DNA of 58,895 bases, counting the filler, from Diploschistes diacapsis (Eukaryota): assembly GCA_023645945.1 (NCBI GenBank). It is 4 parts of 4 records of this genome, joined end to end, with 100 filler letters (N's around TTAATTAATTAA, not from the genome) between each part and the next. Parts side by side here need not be neighbours in the genome. Positions count along the whole stretch, not along the records: positions 29,516 to 44,159 come from JALAIB010000594.1; positions 44,260 to 58,895 come from JALAIB010000595.1; 2 more parts are not named here. One strand, written 5' to 3'. Both the position numbers and the translations under genes were made by a program. This document shows, piece by piece, positions 37,197 through 48,400 of the stretch. Under the pieces are notes generated by a model, which was not told the origin of the DNA, searched no databases, and was given only the letters and a program-made list of their open reading frames with translations. The number at the start of each line of letters is the position of its first letter. Position 1 is the first letter of the stretch.

Positions 37197-38135
37197 AATG
37201 TGAACTAGTGTTGTAGACCCCATCGAGGCCGCGAAGCGCTACAAGGCAGCAACAACTCAAGAGAATGAGGCATATATTCGGCAGAAGAACAACAGAGGAT
37301 ATATATCGCCGACCACGCCTAACCAGTAGCAAGTCGCTAACTGGTACCGCAGTCGTACTAAGTGTGATCTTTGCGTCGGTCCACTGCACTGGCTATCGAT
37401 GATGAACTCGAAAAATACTACAAATGCAATTCCTTGCGTCAACCGAAAAGGAGAACAGCGCTCAAAAATATTATGAAATATATCAAATTCAACGCAGGGC
37501 CGTGCATGTGGGTTACTTCACAGGCACTGTACAATTAACGTCCGCGATCGATTGTTTCCGCTTCCTATTATTGCTGCAAAATTGCCAGTAATTCAACAAC
37601 CGATGCATTCCTATACGGGGTTAAAATGGTCTGAGGGGGTGTATCTCGAGTTGGATGATGATCCTCATGGTGAAATAGGTATTAAACCAGAGGATGATTA
37701 GATAAAGAGCACATGACGGCTTTGGGTTTGTAAGTTGAATGGCCTTGCTAACTTGCCAATAGAATATGGATGCTTGTTCCTGATAAGCCTTGTTCCTTAG
37801 TGTAGTAGCTGTGTAAAATGCCTAAGATACCATTTTGTCTAGGTGCTTCACGTCTATCACTTTACTGTACAACTTCCCTTCCAATCTTAGAAATAGCATG
37901 AAGGCAAACAATGGGGGCGCGTCTGTGATGTCAAACCTGTGCGTATAATACTAAGCTCTCTCTGATTATTAGCATACACATTGCTCGCGTACGCTATGGG
38001 TTGATTCTATTAGTATGCGAGATGGACTAGGCGTTTATTAAAGCAATTAAACATTCTTTGAGGCCCTCTAGTTGGTATACGAAATCGAAACTCAATCATA
38101 ATTATAAATGTCGTTGTAATGTTGTGTACATCTCG

Positions 38136-38800
38136 CTGTGCTTCAAACTTCTGAAAATTAGAAACCCTTAGATGATAGCCTTGAGCAGGCTTATGAAGCC
38201 TTGATGCGTCTCGAGCTTCAGACCAGCTCAAACTTCATGAGGCTTATAAGGCCTCGGTACGCCTCGAGCTCTTGTCCAGCTAAACTTCCATGAATCTCAG
38301 ACGGGCCGGCATCCTCTAAGCTTCCAGCTCGCGTAAACGTTCATGGCGTCTTGAGCCCTTTGGGTGCGCTTCGGGGATTCGGGCCAGTTTGGACTTTACA
38401 GCGGGCCTCCAACGGCGGTGATGCGCTCCAAGGCTCTGCTCAGCCTGAGCCTTTGGGAACCTGAGAATAGATTCAGAACGCTCCGCGCTTTCTAGCTAGC
38501 TCGAGTCCTCTAGTAATGTCGGGCGCTTTCAATACGCCCCCTGGATACACTTGCAAGGGCTTAGATAGCGCCAGCAAGTCTCTAGGCTCTATTCAGCTCG
38601 AACTCGCGTGTAGTTAAATCGCTTCGGTGCACTTCGGAGCTCCTCACCCAGCTTAAACCCTGATATAGTTTATGTAGCTTTCTGTGCACCTTGAACTCCG
38701 AAGGTTTTTAGGTGTTTCACATAATTGGTGCGCTTCAAGCTTCTGATCAGATTAAGCATTCATATGTTTCAAAGTTTAGACAACTCCTAGTTTCCTGGGC
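38136..38800. repeat. Degenerate tandem array, ~53-57 bp period, about 12 units
   Basis: Recurrent core GGTGCGCTTCRAGCT..CCAGCT.AAC..CAT at about 38203, 38256, 38308, 38363, 38420, 38475, 38573, 38626, 38683, 38727. Confidence 0.7.
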
Positions 38801-39006
38801 GACATGTCTATTTTGAAGCCGCGGGCTTTCGCAATGAATGCTAAGAGTATTGGAAAGTATGGAGCATCTAGGCACTTACCAACTGGACAGTGTCTTTCGA
38901 ACCTATCAGGTCATGGGATATGCTAAGCCCCGCTTCCCAATTCTGAGCTGAATGAGCCGAGAATTGAGCAAGTTTTATATATCTTGTCAAGCTAAATGGT
39001 TGTCAA

Positions 39007-39115
39007 GGCAACTTGTCCGAGTGGTTTATGGAGTGTCGTTCAGGTAAAGATCTAATTGATTCAAGCCTATCTCGTCATGGGGAAACCCGCGTGAGTTCGA
39101 ATCTCACAGTTGTCA
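39007..39115 (+). tRNA. tRNA-Leu(CAG) with intron (39045-39071)
   Basis: Acceptor GGCAACT/AGTTGTC+A73, D arm TCCGAGTGGTTTATGGA, anticodon CAG 39041-39043, long variable arm GGG-GAAA-CCC, T arm GTGAG-TTCGAAT-CTCAC, downstream T runs. Confidence 0.92.
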
Positions 39116-39619
39116 TACTTTATTTTCCAATGTTTTTATTTTTGGTCTTTTTATGGCCTTGTATTATATTGTCTTGTTCAACTTTGGGTGTATAGTATAC
39201 TCGTTGGCTTTGCTTTCTTCATCAAGAAATTTCTTATTTGGAGATTTACATGATATGAAAATATTCGAAACAGATTTTATATATATTTAATAACTAAGCG
39301 GAAACTCATGTATGATCTCTCAAGGACCGTGGTCCCGACTTGGAAGGTCACGAGGTTTACAGGTTGGAGAGGGGCACCTGAGTAGCTGGAAGGTTGATCA
39401 GTGATATGCATCAATCACTGATGGGTAAGATATATATTACGTCAGGTGCTTGGGTTCTCGGGCATTGTCGTATCAACGTGCTTGCGGCTACCAGCGGCGG
39501 CCCGGGCTGGCCATGACATCTGTATCTACAACTACACTTTCTACCTGCTGAAATACCATTGATTTGGGTGGATATTTGCTGGGATTTTGTGTGTGGGCTT
39601 TTTCCCACTCGCTATAAGC

Positions 39620-41302
39620 ATGCCATTAGGCGTCCGTTCCAGCTGCTCGCTTCTCCATGATATCAATGCTCCGAGAACGGCGTCCTGCGCCTTTAGAAAG
39701 CAGCATGCATCAAGGTCCTACTTCAATGCTCGGTCCATTGGCACATCACGTCGCTACGATTCCACGGCCACGACATCTCCTCCAATAGTACCAAGCAATT
39801 CAAACACTTTCCATGTTGTTCCGCCCTCCGTAGCCGAGCAAGCCGCTCCACAAACCACTTTCTCTTCTTTTACTTCGCCCCCGTCAATCCCTCCGCCCCT
39901 TGCCTCTCTTCCCCTATGGCCTCTCCTACGTGGATTTTTCCTTACGTCTCTAACCTCCCACCCCTCCCTCCTCTCCCTCTCTATCCGCATTCTCCGCACC
40001 ATCGCCTACACCACATCACCACTTGTATCCCCTAAATCAAATCCTATCATGAAGTTTCTCCTCAGGCACACCATCTACGCACATTTCTGCGCCGGCGAGA
40101 CATCTTTCGAGGTTTCGAGAACGGTGGAAGCGCTGAGGAAGCAGGGTATCAGCGGGGTTATGCTTGGGCACGGGAAGGAGCTGGAGGTGAGGGCAGAGAA
40201 TTTTGCCAAGGCTGGGGGTAGTAGTACAAGTGCATCCGCTGCTGCCGTTAGCAATGGTGGAGAGAACGCGACTTGGGAGATTGACGAGTGGACGAAGGGG
40301 AACTTGGAAACGATCGGGCTTACTCCGCCGGGTGCTTGGGTCAGTATTAAAATGACCGGCGCGGGGGCACTTACGAGGCACCACTTGTCCAAAGCACTGC
40401 CGCCGCCCAAGGAAATAGAAAAGGCCTTTGCAAGCCTAGTCGAATTAGCGACGGGAAAGAGAGTGAGTCTGGGCATAGACGCCGAGCAATCGCACTTCCA
40501 AGCTGGCATCGATGAGTGGGCGTTAAGCTGGGCGGAGAGGTATAATCGCCGGGGCGTTCCTAATACTGGAGGCCCCAACACAAATCCTTCTGCGCAAGTG
40601 AACGTCGATGATGGGAGCTATACCTGCGTATACAACACATACCAGGCATACTTGAAGAGCGCCTCTAGTCGCCTTATACGTGATTTGCGCCGCGCTCGGA
40701 AAGAAGGCTTCGTCCTTGGCGTCAAACTTGTGCGGGGGGCTTACCTCGCCTCCGAGGCGCGGCATCTACCGTGGTCTTCCAAAGCTGAAACAGACACCGC
40801 TTATGATGGCATCGCCGAGGCTCTTATGCGAAGACAGTGGATAGGCCCCTTAAAGGAAGGAGCTAGGGAAGAGGCACGGATAGTAGAAAAGGGTTTCCCA
40901 GAAGTCAGTCTCTGTATAGCAACCCACAACGCGGCGAGCGTGCGGAAAGCGCTGAAGTTGAGGCAGAGCCAGGTGGAGGCGGGAGAGAAGAGAATACCGA
41001 TGGTGTATGGCCAGTTGTACGGTATGGCGGATTACGTTACGGGTGAGCTTATTGGCGCCGCGAAAGCAGCTGAAAGAGCAGCTCAGGAAGGTGCCAGGGA
41101 GTCGAACAAGGGCATGATGGAAGTCGAAAGCCCAAAAGTGTGGAAGTACCTCGTTTGGGGCACGGTGGACGAGTGTGCAAAGTATCTGGTGCGACGAGCG
41201 GAGGAGAACAGGGATGCTGTGTCCCGGACGGGGGAGGCGAGGGAGGAGTATGGAAGGGAGCTTTGGAGGCGGTTAAGAAGTGTTTTTATAGCCGGGAGAT
41301 AA
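39620..41302 (+). CDS. PUT1: Mitochondrial proline dehydrogenase
   Basis: YAHFCAGE, IDAEQ..FQ, YNTYQAYLK, GVKLVRGAYL, ATHNAAS, GQLYGMAD, KYLVWG, YLVRRAEEN; presequence-like N-terminus. Confidence 0.95.
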   Translation: MPLGVRSSCSLLHDINAPRTASCAFRKQHASRSYFNARSIGTSRRYDSTATTSPPIVPSNSNTFHVVPPSVAEQAAPQTTFSSFTSPPSIPPPLASLPLWPLLRGFFLTSLTSHPSLLSLSIRILRTIAYTTSPLVSPKSNPIMKFLLRHTIYAHFCAGETSFEVSRTVEALRKQGISGVMLGHGKELEVRAENFAKAGGSSTSASAAAVSNGGENATWEIDEWTKGNLETIGLTPPGAWVSIKMTGAGALTRHHLSKALPPPKEIEKAFASLVELATGKRVSLGIDAEQSHFQAGIDEWALSWAERYNRRGVPNTGGPNTNPSAQVNVDDGSYTCVYNTYQAYLKSASSRLIRDLRRARKEGFVLGVKLVRGAYLASEARHLPWSSKAETDTAYDGIAEALMRRQWIGPLKEGAREEARIVEKGFPEVSLCIATHNAASVRKALKLRQSQVEAGEKRIPMVYGQLYGMADYVTGELIGAAKAAERAAQEGARESNKGMMEVESPKVWKYLVWGTVDECAKYLVRRAEENRDAVSRTGEAREEYGRELWRRLRSVFIAGR

Positions 41303-42699
41303 GAGCAAAGGGTCCTTTGACCAGCGAGCGATGTTTCGAAGTATTATTGATATCGTCCTCTCTGCTGTCGCAATGATTTGCTGTGCCCTAACCGACTGAA
41401 AGATGAAATCAAAGGGATAGAAAAACGCTTCAATGACCCCTTGGACCTACCTGTGGTAGTGAGGTCTTCATGATGTATCGCCTGAACATTCCGCCAATAC
41501 ATTGTGCGAAAAGCCTCATATAGCAGAGCAGAAAACCATCATGCCCCTATAAGCATGTGAAGTAGTAAGGGTTCAATCGAATGGTCGTAAAGAGCGCCTT
41601 AGCGCCATACGCTCCAAGTCAGTTTTGGTGCTTGTGCAGGCAGCCCTCCCTCAGAATCTAGTTCTTAGACTTCTAAAGAGATTCCATTCCTTGTTGGCTT
41701 TCTTCGAAATTTGAGCCGAGGAGTGGCATTTCACTAGTGCTTATGTCGAGTTCTACCGGGAGGGAAAGACGCTGTATTCTACAAGGCGAAACGCGAATTG
41801 AGTTTCTCGCCGGGATATAACTCAGAAGGCTTTCGGTGAGGTTCAGCTATGGTTCCAATGACGACCTGCGGATTGAAGAGGTTTGGGCGAATCCTCGCGG
41901 CAAGGAGGTGAGGCGGAAGCTGTTACTTCTAGTCGATCGGCTTAAGAGCGAACATGCGGAACACCTTAAGCATAAGGACGGAAAGCGCTTTACAGATTGT
42001 TTGATGAAACTAGTCCAGCGAGAAATTGGGAAGAGTAAGAGGCGGAGAGAAGCTATTGATAAAATGGATGAACATCACCAGCTTCCTCCTACTGCTCAAC
42101 TCTTACCGTCACTGCCCCTCGTTGTGTTCTTTAACGTCTATGCCTTGTCCACCTCCTCTGAGCAAGGCAGAAGAGGCCTCCACTCGACTCTGTTGTAGCA
42201 CTTTGTTGTGCCAGCTCATAGACGACTCGGTCTTTCCTTGCGGCCACTCGGAATGTTCTCCTTCTGGAATGTGCCAGATATTAGGGTTGTCGTACTCGAA
42301 TTCGCTCGCTCGCTTATGCGACGCTGGGTTTGCCGTTGGATATGCTAGAGGAGTCGTGCTTGTGGATACTCGTGGTGTTCACGATGATCTTCACCACAAG
42401 GGCGACTTCATATACCACGTTCGTAATGCAATCTTTGCAAGAAAAGGCGACATAAGCTTTCTGTCACAGGAAGTCAACAAAGCCCTCAACGCTTCCAATT
42501 GTTGACTGCGTCCTCCTCTGGCATTGAAACTTTAACTTTGGATCCATTGACCTGGCATTAGGCCTGCATGGGCACGTCCGCTGTTATAGTGCTTCATTTA
42601 AAAGGACATGATGTGGCCCATACGTTGTCAGTCCTTGCGTATCATCCATCAGCGCAGACTTGACTGCCTAAGCAATCAGTCAAGCGGATTATCGGATAT

Positions 42700-43400
42700 C
42701 AGAATCGGAAAGGTGGTTCTAGCCCTGTTTAACGTTACATCGCCGCTTTCCAGTCCCGTATCACAATCTTTTTTCATTTGTGTCTTTATTGGTCCGACAT
42801 GCTTATACTGTAATTAGACGCTTTGAGATATCAAAGGACTACATCTTTCGCAGACAATTGTAGCAGCGGGAATGTCAGACCTGCTCGTTCTGTACACTAG
42901 GTCATGGAGAGTTCTGAACGCAACGGAGGGCCCATGAATCCATGCGCTGCATGGGCTATCGCTTCTTGTCCAGTTGCTTGAGAGGGCCGCCGTGTATATT
43001 CGCAGGTACTTGCAAGAATCAAGAAGTAGAACAGGTAAGGGTGTCTCTTGCCCGATGTTTTGAAATAAGTACAGCCCAGCATCCAGATTAAACGGCTGCT
43101 TTTTCGAGGCTATTGAAGCACTGAAGCACCTTTCACTAACCAAATGGCACATCTCGTTTCTATTCAACCGCTTGTTTATACTGTGATGTGCTTTTAGATT
43201 CAGAGACAGTCGGGTAATACAGCACAGATTCTTTCCTCCTTTAGTTTCAGGCTGGTCGGCTTTGTCTATTTACTGTGCTATAAAGATTGCCCATGTTGTC
43301 TGACAAGCTCGCAACGGTTCGACTACATTGGAGCACTTCCATCACTTGGTGGACTGTATAGATATATTGGTGAACATAGTCTCGTTCCATTGTCTGCAAG
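42700..43400 (+). pseudogene. Possible NB-ARC (NLR-like) relic
   Basis: Stop-interrupted frame contains ALHGLSL..ERAAVYIRRYL then LSLTKWHISF..RL, in the order of the GLPLA..AAAYI..YL and TTW.ISF..L motifs of fungal NB-ARC proteins. Confidence 0.3.
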
Positions 43401-43560
43401 AGGAAAGAGTAACACCCTTCTAACATTTCCTTCTGAAACCCATACCATACAAGATGTGTAGTGTTCATAGAAGAATGTCTATTATCGCGTCCTGTCCTTT
43501 TCATATCCACTTTTGCAATTCTTTTTATCAACGTCGGCGTTTTCTAGATTCCTTATCTTG

Positions 43561-44078
43561 ATGGCACGTTATCAGATGGCTCTATCGATGCCTTTCCTCT
43601 TCTTCTCTTTGATATTCTTCTTCGCGCCTGCGTCAATTCCGCACTTCTTTGCAGATCTAGCGACCTCCGTCGATTCCAGACTGTCCCATCTCCCGGCTCA
43701 GATCCAGTCAACCGCGCCTGGCATCCCCCCCATCAACGGTCAACCTAGCCCGGCATTTCCACCCTCTCTTCCACAAAATGGATCCCAGCTCTTGTCCAGG
43801 CAGGCAGTTCAGACCTTCGAGGACGTGTGTATCCCGATCCCAAGAGAGCAGTTCCACAGGCATCTGACGAACTCCACCAGTGTCAAGCAAAAGGACAGTG
43901 TCTAGCGACCCAGCTCGAAGCCGGTGTATCCAACCCCAGCACCTACAACGACTTCGGCGCCCTCACCAGCGCGGGATGGGAAGCTGCTCCGGACGACAAC
44001 CTCGGATTCCCCCAGCTCAAGAACGTTCTCCAGGCCACGGGCTGGCAGAAGTCGGACTTTGTCTTCTACGGCTTCAAG
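43561..44078 (+). CDS. Putative secreted protein, 5' part (truncated by contig end)
   Basis: Hydrophobic N-terminus; intron GTGTGT..CTGAC..CAG (~43825-43880) joins ..QTFED to CQAKGQCLATQLEAG..STYNDFGALTSAGW; next donor GTAAGC at 44079. Confidence 0.55.
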
Positions 44079-44159
44079 GTAAGCTCAACCCAAACACCAA
44101 AAAACCCACGCTCCTCCCACCTCCTCCACGCATGCATATATACATACATACATACATAC

Positions 44160-44259
44160 NNNNNNNNNNNNNNNNNNNNNNNNNNNNNNNNNNNNNNNNN
44201 NNNTTAATTAATTAANNNNNNNNNNNNNNNNNNNNNNNNNNNNNNNNNNNNNNNNNNNN
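44160..44259. other. Artificial contig spacer
   Basis: 44 N + TTAATTAATTAA + 44 N. Confidence 0.98.
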
Positions 44260-44430
44260 GGGCTGGAGGGTGGCGCCGTAGCCGCCGGGCGGGTAGGCGG
44301 GCTGGTGTTGATGCTGGTGCTGGGGCGAGTAGAAGGACTGCGAGGGCCCGGAGATTGGGGCTATGTTGGGCGGCGTGTCTTCCGAATGGTAGGCGGAGAG
44401 ATCCGGGGAGACGGGTGCGTAGCCGGCCAT
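44260..44430 (-). CDS. N-terminal fragment of an unknown protein (truncated)
   Basis: ATAATGGCC start, GC-rich third positions, MAGYAPVSPDLSAY..PAYPPGGYG runs into the gap. Confidence 0.5.
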
Positions 44431-45428
44431 TATGAAGGTACGAGGTATTAAATGGGGCACCCGAGGCGAGAATCCGGTGGGAGAAAACTAGACAATCTTG
44501 GGAAAGGAGAAGCTAGAAGCTGCCTGGAACTGGTATAAAAGGTGAGCGCAATTGCTGGAAAAACCGATGTTGATAGCTGGGATACTTAGTATTCTCCCTT
44601 GTTGAATTCTCGACTTGCTCCTTTTGGCCCAAGACGCAATAAATAGAATTATGCAAGCTGCACACAGAGTATGTGCAGTAATTATGCGTATGTTTGAAAT
44701 GGATTTGTGTGACTTATCGCACAAACAGATGAATGATTAGAGTTGTGCAAGACTTATGCTAGAGTTATGCGGGTGATCCCAAGCAGTCGGCGAAGAAAGG
44801 AGGGGGTGTGTGTGTGTGTGGGTTGGGGGGTTGGGACAGCGACTTTTTATGGCCAAAGATGCGGAACGGAGGGGTTTCGTCAGGGGCAGCGCGTATCGTA
44901 GGTGAATGTGTGACACTAATGAGGAATAATGATTCTCCCGTAATCAGCCTTGCAGGGCCAGGCAACTGCAAACAATGAAGGCAGCAGCGGCAAACCTGCA
45001 ATGTCTATTAACTGGTTTTTGCTCTGACTTCAAATTGTGCCTCGATAATAGTGAAGTATACGATGCGTGCAAAGGCCAACAAGACAGATAGGCAGGCTTG
45101 TCTTGACTCCTTCATATGATTCGTGCAGTAAGTAACTTGAAAGAACGGCATCTGAGCTTTGTTTCTCTATCAATCTTCAAACAATTTCATTGTGCCAATG
45201 AGGCTATGACGCCTCGCCTTGTTTTCCTAGTCTGTCCATACCCAACGAAATGTATAGTCTATCTAAGGATGCTGCTGGATGATGATAATGAGCAAGCCAA
45301 GACTGCAATCCAGCCTCTGGGGCTTCGATACGACTTGCTTGAAGCCTTGGGACCTTGGTCTTTCAGTGGTCTCATCGAGTCGAACGTGTAGTCGATGATT
45401 GCAAAATTACTTGATCTAATCTGACCGC

Positions 45429-48400
45429 TCAACCCTCTGTGTGCCCTCTCCTCCTTATTGAAGTCTTGCTTGGCTTCGGTGCTCGTGCCATTGTCTCTAG
45501 ACTCGGGTACTCCTCCTCGTAAGATCCGGGTCCTCGGGCTGCGAGGTGCGATTGACCTCCTGCGTTTGGGGTCGATGAGCTAGATGGATCTCCGTGAGAC
45601 TCGGTGCCCTTGGGCGTACTCTCTTTGTTGGTATCGAAATGGCCTGTCTTTCTGTTGGTCAAGTCGTCTCCTTGTCTCCTATGCATATTTTGCGGCATTC
45701 CCTGTGTATTCGGTAGATGAGAAGCAAAAGGCCGCTGTAAAGCGAATCGCCCACGACTTCGCGCCGGTGGATGAGAATCAAGAGCCCGCTGTAGAGCAAA
45801 TTGCCCCCGACCTCGCACTGGAAGAGTTCTGGATAGACCGGGTCGCGCATTGGTAACTTGAGCTTTGTTCTCGGTCTCTATTGGACGCCTACTACCCGTA
45901 GCTGGTAATGGCAATGGTGTCGGAGGTTTCGGCTCATTAGAACCCAATGAAGCAACTTCACTTTCGTCCTCCTCCTTTTGGTGGACGGTATGGTCTAAGT
46001 CAAGAGGCAGAGACTTGACAGCTTGTTCTTTTCGATCTGTTCCCAAAAGCTTTCCGGCCGGGCTTATGGAGTGGTCTCTGTTTGACGATTTATCAATAGC
46101 GAGCTCGGCTACCGTACCGGGAGTTGAAGTTCGGGCTCTGAGACCAGCCTCTTGGCCCATAGGCTCACCACTCGGTTTGTTCCTTGGTGCACTATTCTGC
46201 GTGATGTTTACTTCTGCGTTGTGGTCCTCGCAGGATGTCTGACTAGTTTGCGACTTTGATTCTTCGGAAATCCTGCGCTTTTCTGTATCAGACTCGTCTT
46301 TCCAGAGTGCCGCGAGCTCATCTTCCCGTGGAAGGGGACGCTGTACTGTGCACCTCTCCGCCTCTTGAGTCGATGTTGCATGTGGTTGAGCTTCGTGCTC
46401 ATCATCATTCCTGCTATTACGTTGACTGCTCGGTCCCCATCGCCTGTGGCCATGAGCAAGACTTGCGAAGCCTCTATGGACCATCAATTCCCGCTTCCAC
46501 GAAGGGCGGAAGCTCGCTATCGCCAGTTCCAATATCTCTTTGTCTGTTCGACCTTCCAATGTCTGCCAATGATGAGATGATGGGTTATGATCGTGGGTCA
46601 AGGTTTTCGGACGGTCCAAGGATGACCTGCGAGATTCTTCCTTTTTCTTCAGATACCAGGCTTCAAAAATTTTCTTAATCTCTTCATCAGTAAGGAGAGG
46701 AACAAGCTCTTTCAAATTCGTCGCAGAAGAAACTTGCTTGAGTTGGCTATCGGAGAGGCTCGCCCAGCTTTCATTCGCATTGGCTTTCTGCACCCAGATA
46801 GGCTTGGATTTGACGTCGTTCTGCTGATTTGTTGGAGAACCTGAAGTACAGCCTGGCAGATCGCTACTCTCTGGCGCCCCAACCTCTCCGTTTCGTTTGC
46901 CATAGTCATCAAATGGTCTGTCCGGGGTTTTTTTGCTTAAATTTCCAAAGCTTCTCCCATTAGGCGATTCGCACAAACCTTTTTCAGCTAGGACCAACAG
47001 AAGCATTGCTCGCAGTACGTTTATATCCGTATTCTCAAACAATTTACTATCGGGCCTCTTAGCTAAAGCCTCCTCATGCATGACCCGAACGAGAAGATTC
47101 TTTTCTCCTTCCGTGAATTCATTTTCAAACGATAACGAACGAGCCCGCCTTTCCTCTCCTTGATCGCTGAATCCCGCAATCCTAGCGTCTTGTGAGCGGG
47201 ATGGTATCCTATAAGTCTGGTTGTATGGCTTCTCTGCACTGTTCTGAAAGATTCTATACCCTACTTGTGTTGAAGGTAATTGTTCAGCTATGCCAGGGTA
47301 ATTGACAGCCTCAATCTCTGAGAGAGCATCGTCATGATTAGGGGTGGACTGCCTAGACGCAGTAGTATCACAAGGGCTGTAGTCAGGGGGAAAGCTATGG
47401 CGTTTCTTCGAAGCACGTTCTTGACGTCTCGTGTTCCTTCTTCTTCTGCCGCTTGATGACCGTCTTGACGGCTTGGCTGCAGACTCTCCAATCGAAGCGT
47501 TCTGAGAACGCTCGCGCATGGAATGCACCGATCGAGCGGACGAGGAACGCGGAAACAGATCACGAGACGGGCTACCAACAGGTTGGTCCTGAAGTTCGGG
47601 TGAAACGTAGCCTCGCTGTTTAGCTATGTGATCGGGTACAAGCACACTTTGTGGGTCTCTAGAGTAGGAGAACCTCGTACCGTAGGGGCCGAAGAACTGC
47701 ATGCGAAGAGTACCACATCGTTGGCAGTCATCCCGGGCTTTGGCATTCGGCCAATTGCAATCCGTGCAGCACCATTCGCCTATTGCTCCATCGTCTGGAT
47801 AAGGACAAGCGAGACATTTCTGATATCGGACATAATTCCGGAACCCGCAACGAACGCAACCCCATGAATTCAGGCTCTTATTAAGCCCCGGGGGACAAGT
47901 AACCGAGATTCTGTGCGGCTTCTCGCTGATGAATGCCTCTTTCGACGAAACTATGGGTTTCGCTGTTCGATCTGGGAGATGTCCTGGTAGAGTATTGTAA
48001 CCGTGGTGCCCAGATTTTAATAGATTGCCGTGAGAGTCTGATTGGAGCAATCGACCTCTAGGAACGTGGTATGGATGCGAATGCCATTGAGGATTGCTAC
48101 CAAGAGCTGTATTTTGGTCTAGAGCGTTTGGGACCTCGAATCCAGATCCATAGGCGACAGCACAGGAAGAGGTGGGCGGCAGTATCTGGTTACTAAATCT
48201 AGGATAGTTGAGGTCATGGTCAGTCCAGCCAGGGGGTAGCTGGGAGCCGAAATTGGACGCTTCCGAGTGAGATTGGTTGAGAGCTAAGTTATTCATTGGC
48301 CTCAGCGTTCCATTCAGGGGGTTCATTACTGGTCGTATCGAATACGGACCATCCGCGTAATTGATCGGCTGAGAAGTGCTGAACCCCGGATTTGCCGGTA

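Noticed and set aside
38136..38800. CRISPR-like reading of the 53-bp array
   Set aside because: Repeats are highly degenerate, the variable parts resemble each other, the host is eukaryotic and no cas-like gene is present.
39007..39115. CUG codon reassignment (Ser-tRNA CAG)
   Set aside because: U33 and discriminator A73 fit Leu, and conserved Leu positions such as the PP4 terminal Leu use CTG.
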